Source of the DNA: Euglena gracilis | Taxonomy: Eukaryota | NCBI GenBank assembly: GCA_039621445.1 | Contig: CP154954.1 | Span: forward strand, 34,829,703-34,893,702 | DNA length: 64,000 bases | Direction of reading: 5' to 3' | In this document: positions 61,240 through 64,000 of the stretch, piece by piece | How the letters are laid out: the number at the start of each line of letters is the position of its first letter | How positions within the stretch are numbered: position 1 is the first letter of the stretch | Position numbers and translations under genes: made by a program | The notes under the pieces: generated by a model | What the model saw: only the letters and a program-made list of their open reading frames with translations | Told to the model about the DNA's origin: nothing | The model's database searches: none

Positions 61240-62701
61240 AGAGATTGGGTGGTTGCATATACCGAATGCCCCACTTGGAGGGAAATTTGGCAAGCAACGC
61301 CAGAAAATGGCGAGTGGCCAAAGGGTGTGAAAGTGCACAAAAGACAAATGCTTCCGGAAGAGAAGTTGTGCGTTCCACTGGGTTTCAAGAAATGATCATC
61401 CTTAAAAACCACAAATTCCTTGGACATGTAGGTCCGGAAAAGGTGTAGAGACACGTCAATTTGAGGTATGCATGGGCTGATGAAAAGAAGGCAAAAGTTT
61501 TCACCGACAGTTGTAGCAAAAATTGCACAACATGTCAAGCAAGCTCGAGGGGGGAGACATTGAAAGGACCCGTTGATTCAACACCCATACCACCCGCACA
61601 CATGGTAAGTGTGGCAATCGATCTTTTCAAAATGCCGAAGGTTGTACGAGGAGGGGGAGTACAACACAATGGCTGTTTGTGTGGACCGACATTCCGGCTG
61701 GTTTGTAGCCATACCATGTTTTGATAAGGGACTAACGGGTGCAAAGTTGGCCAAGGAAATGCCTAAGTTCCAATGGAAACCTTTTCGGGTACCCTCAATA
61801 ATTTCAAGTGACCAAGGGAGCCATTTTGTCAACACATGGTGGCAAACCATGTGTTCACTCATGGGGATTAGACAAGCATTTTCCCGAGCTTACCACCACC
61901 AAGCGAATGGGAGGGTGGAAAGAGCCGGTCAACAAATTATGGAAGTCCTCCGATAATTGTTTGTGCAGGAAAAAACGAATTGGGTGGAAGGTCTTCCCCA
62001 AGTTTTGGATCGTATTCATGACAACAAGGAGGAGAGTGGTTTTAGTCCTTACGACAGTTTGTTCGGAAGGGATAGACCCATTGGGGGGATACCCTATGAA
62101 CCAACAAAGGAGTGTGAGGACGCTCAAAGAGCCGAATGAGGGAGATGGATGAGAAAGTTGCAAAAGTTCTCAACCACACACATTGGGTTCAGGCGAGTTG
62201 GTCAACCAAGGGAGGAGGGAGTTGGTACCCTTAAAATTAGGAACCCAAGTGTGGTATAGCAGACCCGAAGGATCCGGCGAAAAATTGGATTCCAGATGGA
62301 TTGGACCTGGGATTATCAAAGCCCGGGAGCGGGAGAGGAGTTACCTTATTGAAAATAAGCCCGGGGTGGAAATTAAGACTCACCGTAGTTTCCTTAAGGA
62401 GTACAAAGAACCTGAAGTTTTTGGTGAGGGGGTTCCTTTGTTCTTTTTCAAAAGAACCGAAAAAGAGGAAGAAGCAATGCCTGCTGAGTGAGAGGTGGAA
62501 AAAATTATCAATCATTGCAAGAGGGGGGGAACCTGGGAGTTCCTCACAAAATGGGTTGGATATAATGATGGGGAGGAAACTTGGGAGCCGGTGGGAAATT
62601 TTATATACCGGTTTAGTGAGGAGTTGGTAAGGTATTGCTCGAAGAAAAATCTAGGGGTCGATTTGATGTCGGAATTAAAAAAATCTTTGAAACCCTGGTG
62701 A
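61240..62701 (+). pseudogene. Integrase plus chromodomain
   Basis: HKFLGH..CTTCQ, IDLF, SDQGSHF, YHHQANGRVER, WIGP, KWVGYNDGEETWEP. Confidence 0.93.
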
Positions 62702-63044
62702 GCCAAAAGTTGAAGGCTCGGTTCATTTTGCTTTTTTTGGATGGGGGAGCCCAAATGTTTGAGGCTCTTGTTTTGAATCGGGCCAAGTGCTGTTTCGGCG
62801 AGTTATATGTGTGCTATATATGCATTGCTTGTGCATCGCATGTTTTGTTTTTGAATACACGATTCTCATGTGTTTTGATTTCTCGAGCATATGATGAATT
62901 CTCTCTCTTTCTCTCTCTCTCTCTTTCCCTGCATATTTTGTGCTTGCTCTTCTCTTTCGCTTTGCTCTCACAGGTTTTGAGGACTTGGAGGCTCCAAGCA
63001 CACCCAAGGGAGCCCCAAGGGAAAAGTGCGAGCACACCACCGCA

Positions 63045-63135
63045 AGGAGGCGACGCAAGCAAGGAGGCGAGGCAAGGAGCGAGGAGACGAAGCAAGGAGC
63101 GAGGAGACGAGGCAAGGAGCGAGGAGACGAGGAGA
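63045..63135 (+). repeat. Purine-rich GCAAGGAGCGAGGAGACGA tandem repeat
   Basis: Three to five short copies. Confidence 0.7.
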
Positions 63136-64000
63136 TGTTACACAACCAACCGAATGCACCACAACCCAATTTGTCCATAGCCCAGCCCCGTTGGGGCTTT
63201 CCTCTTTATAAACGGCCCCATCACACGCTACCCGAGCCCCGAGCCCCGCTGCCCATATTCCTCACACAAACCTCACCACTCCTTGCCATACCGTGAATGG
63301 AAAGGATGACCGCAGGATTTGGATTTTTTTTCAATGTCGAGCCATAGCCCCTGTAGGAGAGCGGCCCAAGGTGTATGGAGTTTCGATGATTTATTTGGAT
63401 ACCGAGTCATTGGTGAATGTTGCGGGGGGGAAGAAGCCTCGCCTTCTCCGTGGGAGCTGGGGGGGGCTGAATTTTCTCCGATGTTTGGGTGAGCTCCCTA
63501 CAAAAGTGTTTTGATCGAGGGGGGGGGCGCCCATTCCCATTCCCATGTCCAAAGGATGGTGTTATGGAGACCGCCTAATTTTTCAGTTGATGTATGATAC
63601 ACCGCGCGACGACCCTGTGAATTGTTATTTTTTTGAATTTCACCGGATGTCATTCATGAAGGGTTGGTTGCGTTTCGGATGTCCGCAAGGAGTGGGTCAT
63701 GCAAGAGAACGCCTGACAATCCAAGAACCCGATTTTTTTGGTATGCCATGAGAAAGGGAGACACAAGCGCCCGGGGGGGGTGCTGTCCGAACTCTCCCCA
63801 AAGCGGTCAAACCGAACGTTCGGGGGGGATTCTCCCTCCAAAATTATCCCTCCGGGTGCAAAAGGTCAGAACGCTCCCCACGATAGGTTTTCGATGGGGG
63901 GGGGGCTAGCCAAGTTTTTGTTTAATTTTCAATGGATTTCACAGAGTTCGTGGCAATTTTTTCTGTTGGCAGCTTTTTTTATTCCCCCAACCTGTGGGGG

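Larger units (their letters stand above)
52860..62790 (+). mobile_element. Ty3/Gypsy chromovirus family D: gag, C5 MTase, N6A MTase, PR, RT, RH, IN, CHD (LTRs not identified)
   Basis: Collinear plus-strand domains with scattered stops and frameshifts. Confidence 0.9.

Noticed and set aside
63136-63300. 3' LTR of family D (TGTTACA after a purine run, TATA-like at ~63206)
   Set aside because: No second copy, PBS or TSD in the window to confirm it.

Overview
Eukaryotic genomic DNA, almost entirely transposable elements; the taxon cannot be assigned from the sequence (a protist is plausible). 1-8.5 kb is intronic DNA packed with hAT-type and TA-targeting MITEs, plus the last two GT-AG exons of a host gene with a Pro/Met/Gly-rich tail. 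From 9.1 kb there is a nested pile. A DIRS1-type tyrosine-recombinase retrotransposon contains a ~1 kb TRIM whose LTRs carry a tRNA-derived Pol III promoter. The TRIM in turn contains a pol-deleted Ty3/Gypsy element (family C) with a cargo ORF. An ~11.9 kb inversion (about 22186-34112) splits both the DIRS and a further family-C copy. A decayed gag-pol family-C chromovirus follows (34.8-45.6 kb), with a Dam-like domain between protease and RT. Then come a ~215-bp satellite and a second chromovirus family (D, 52.9-62.8 kb). Family D pol carries a C5-cytosine methyltransferase and an N6-adenine (NPPW) methyltransferase in tandem ahead of PR-RT-RH-IN-chromodomain; this is the main candidate for a novel system. 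Both Gypsy families have an in-frame UAG-G plus RNA stem at the gag/pol junction, suggesting stop-codon readthrough. Most TE ORFs are broken by stops or frameshifts, some of which may be homopolymer sequencing errors. All calls are by eye; no searches were run.
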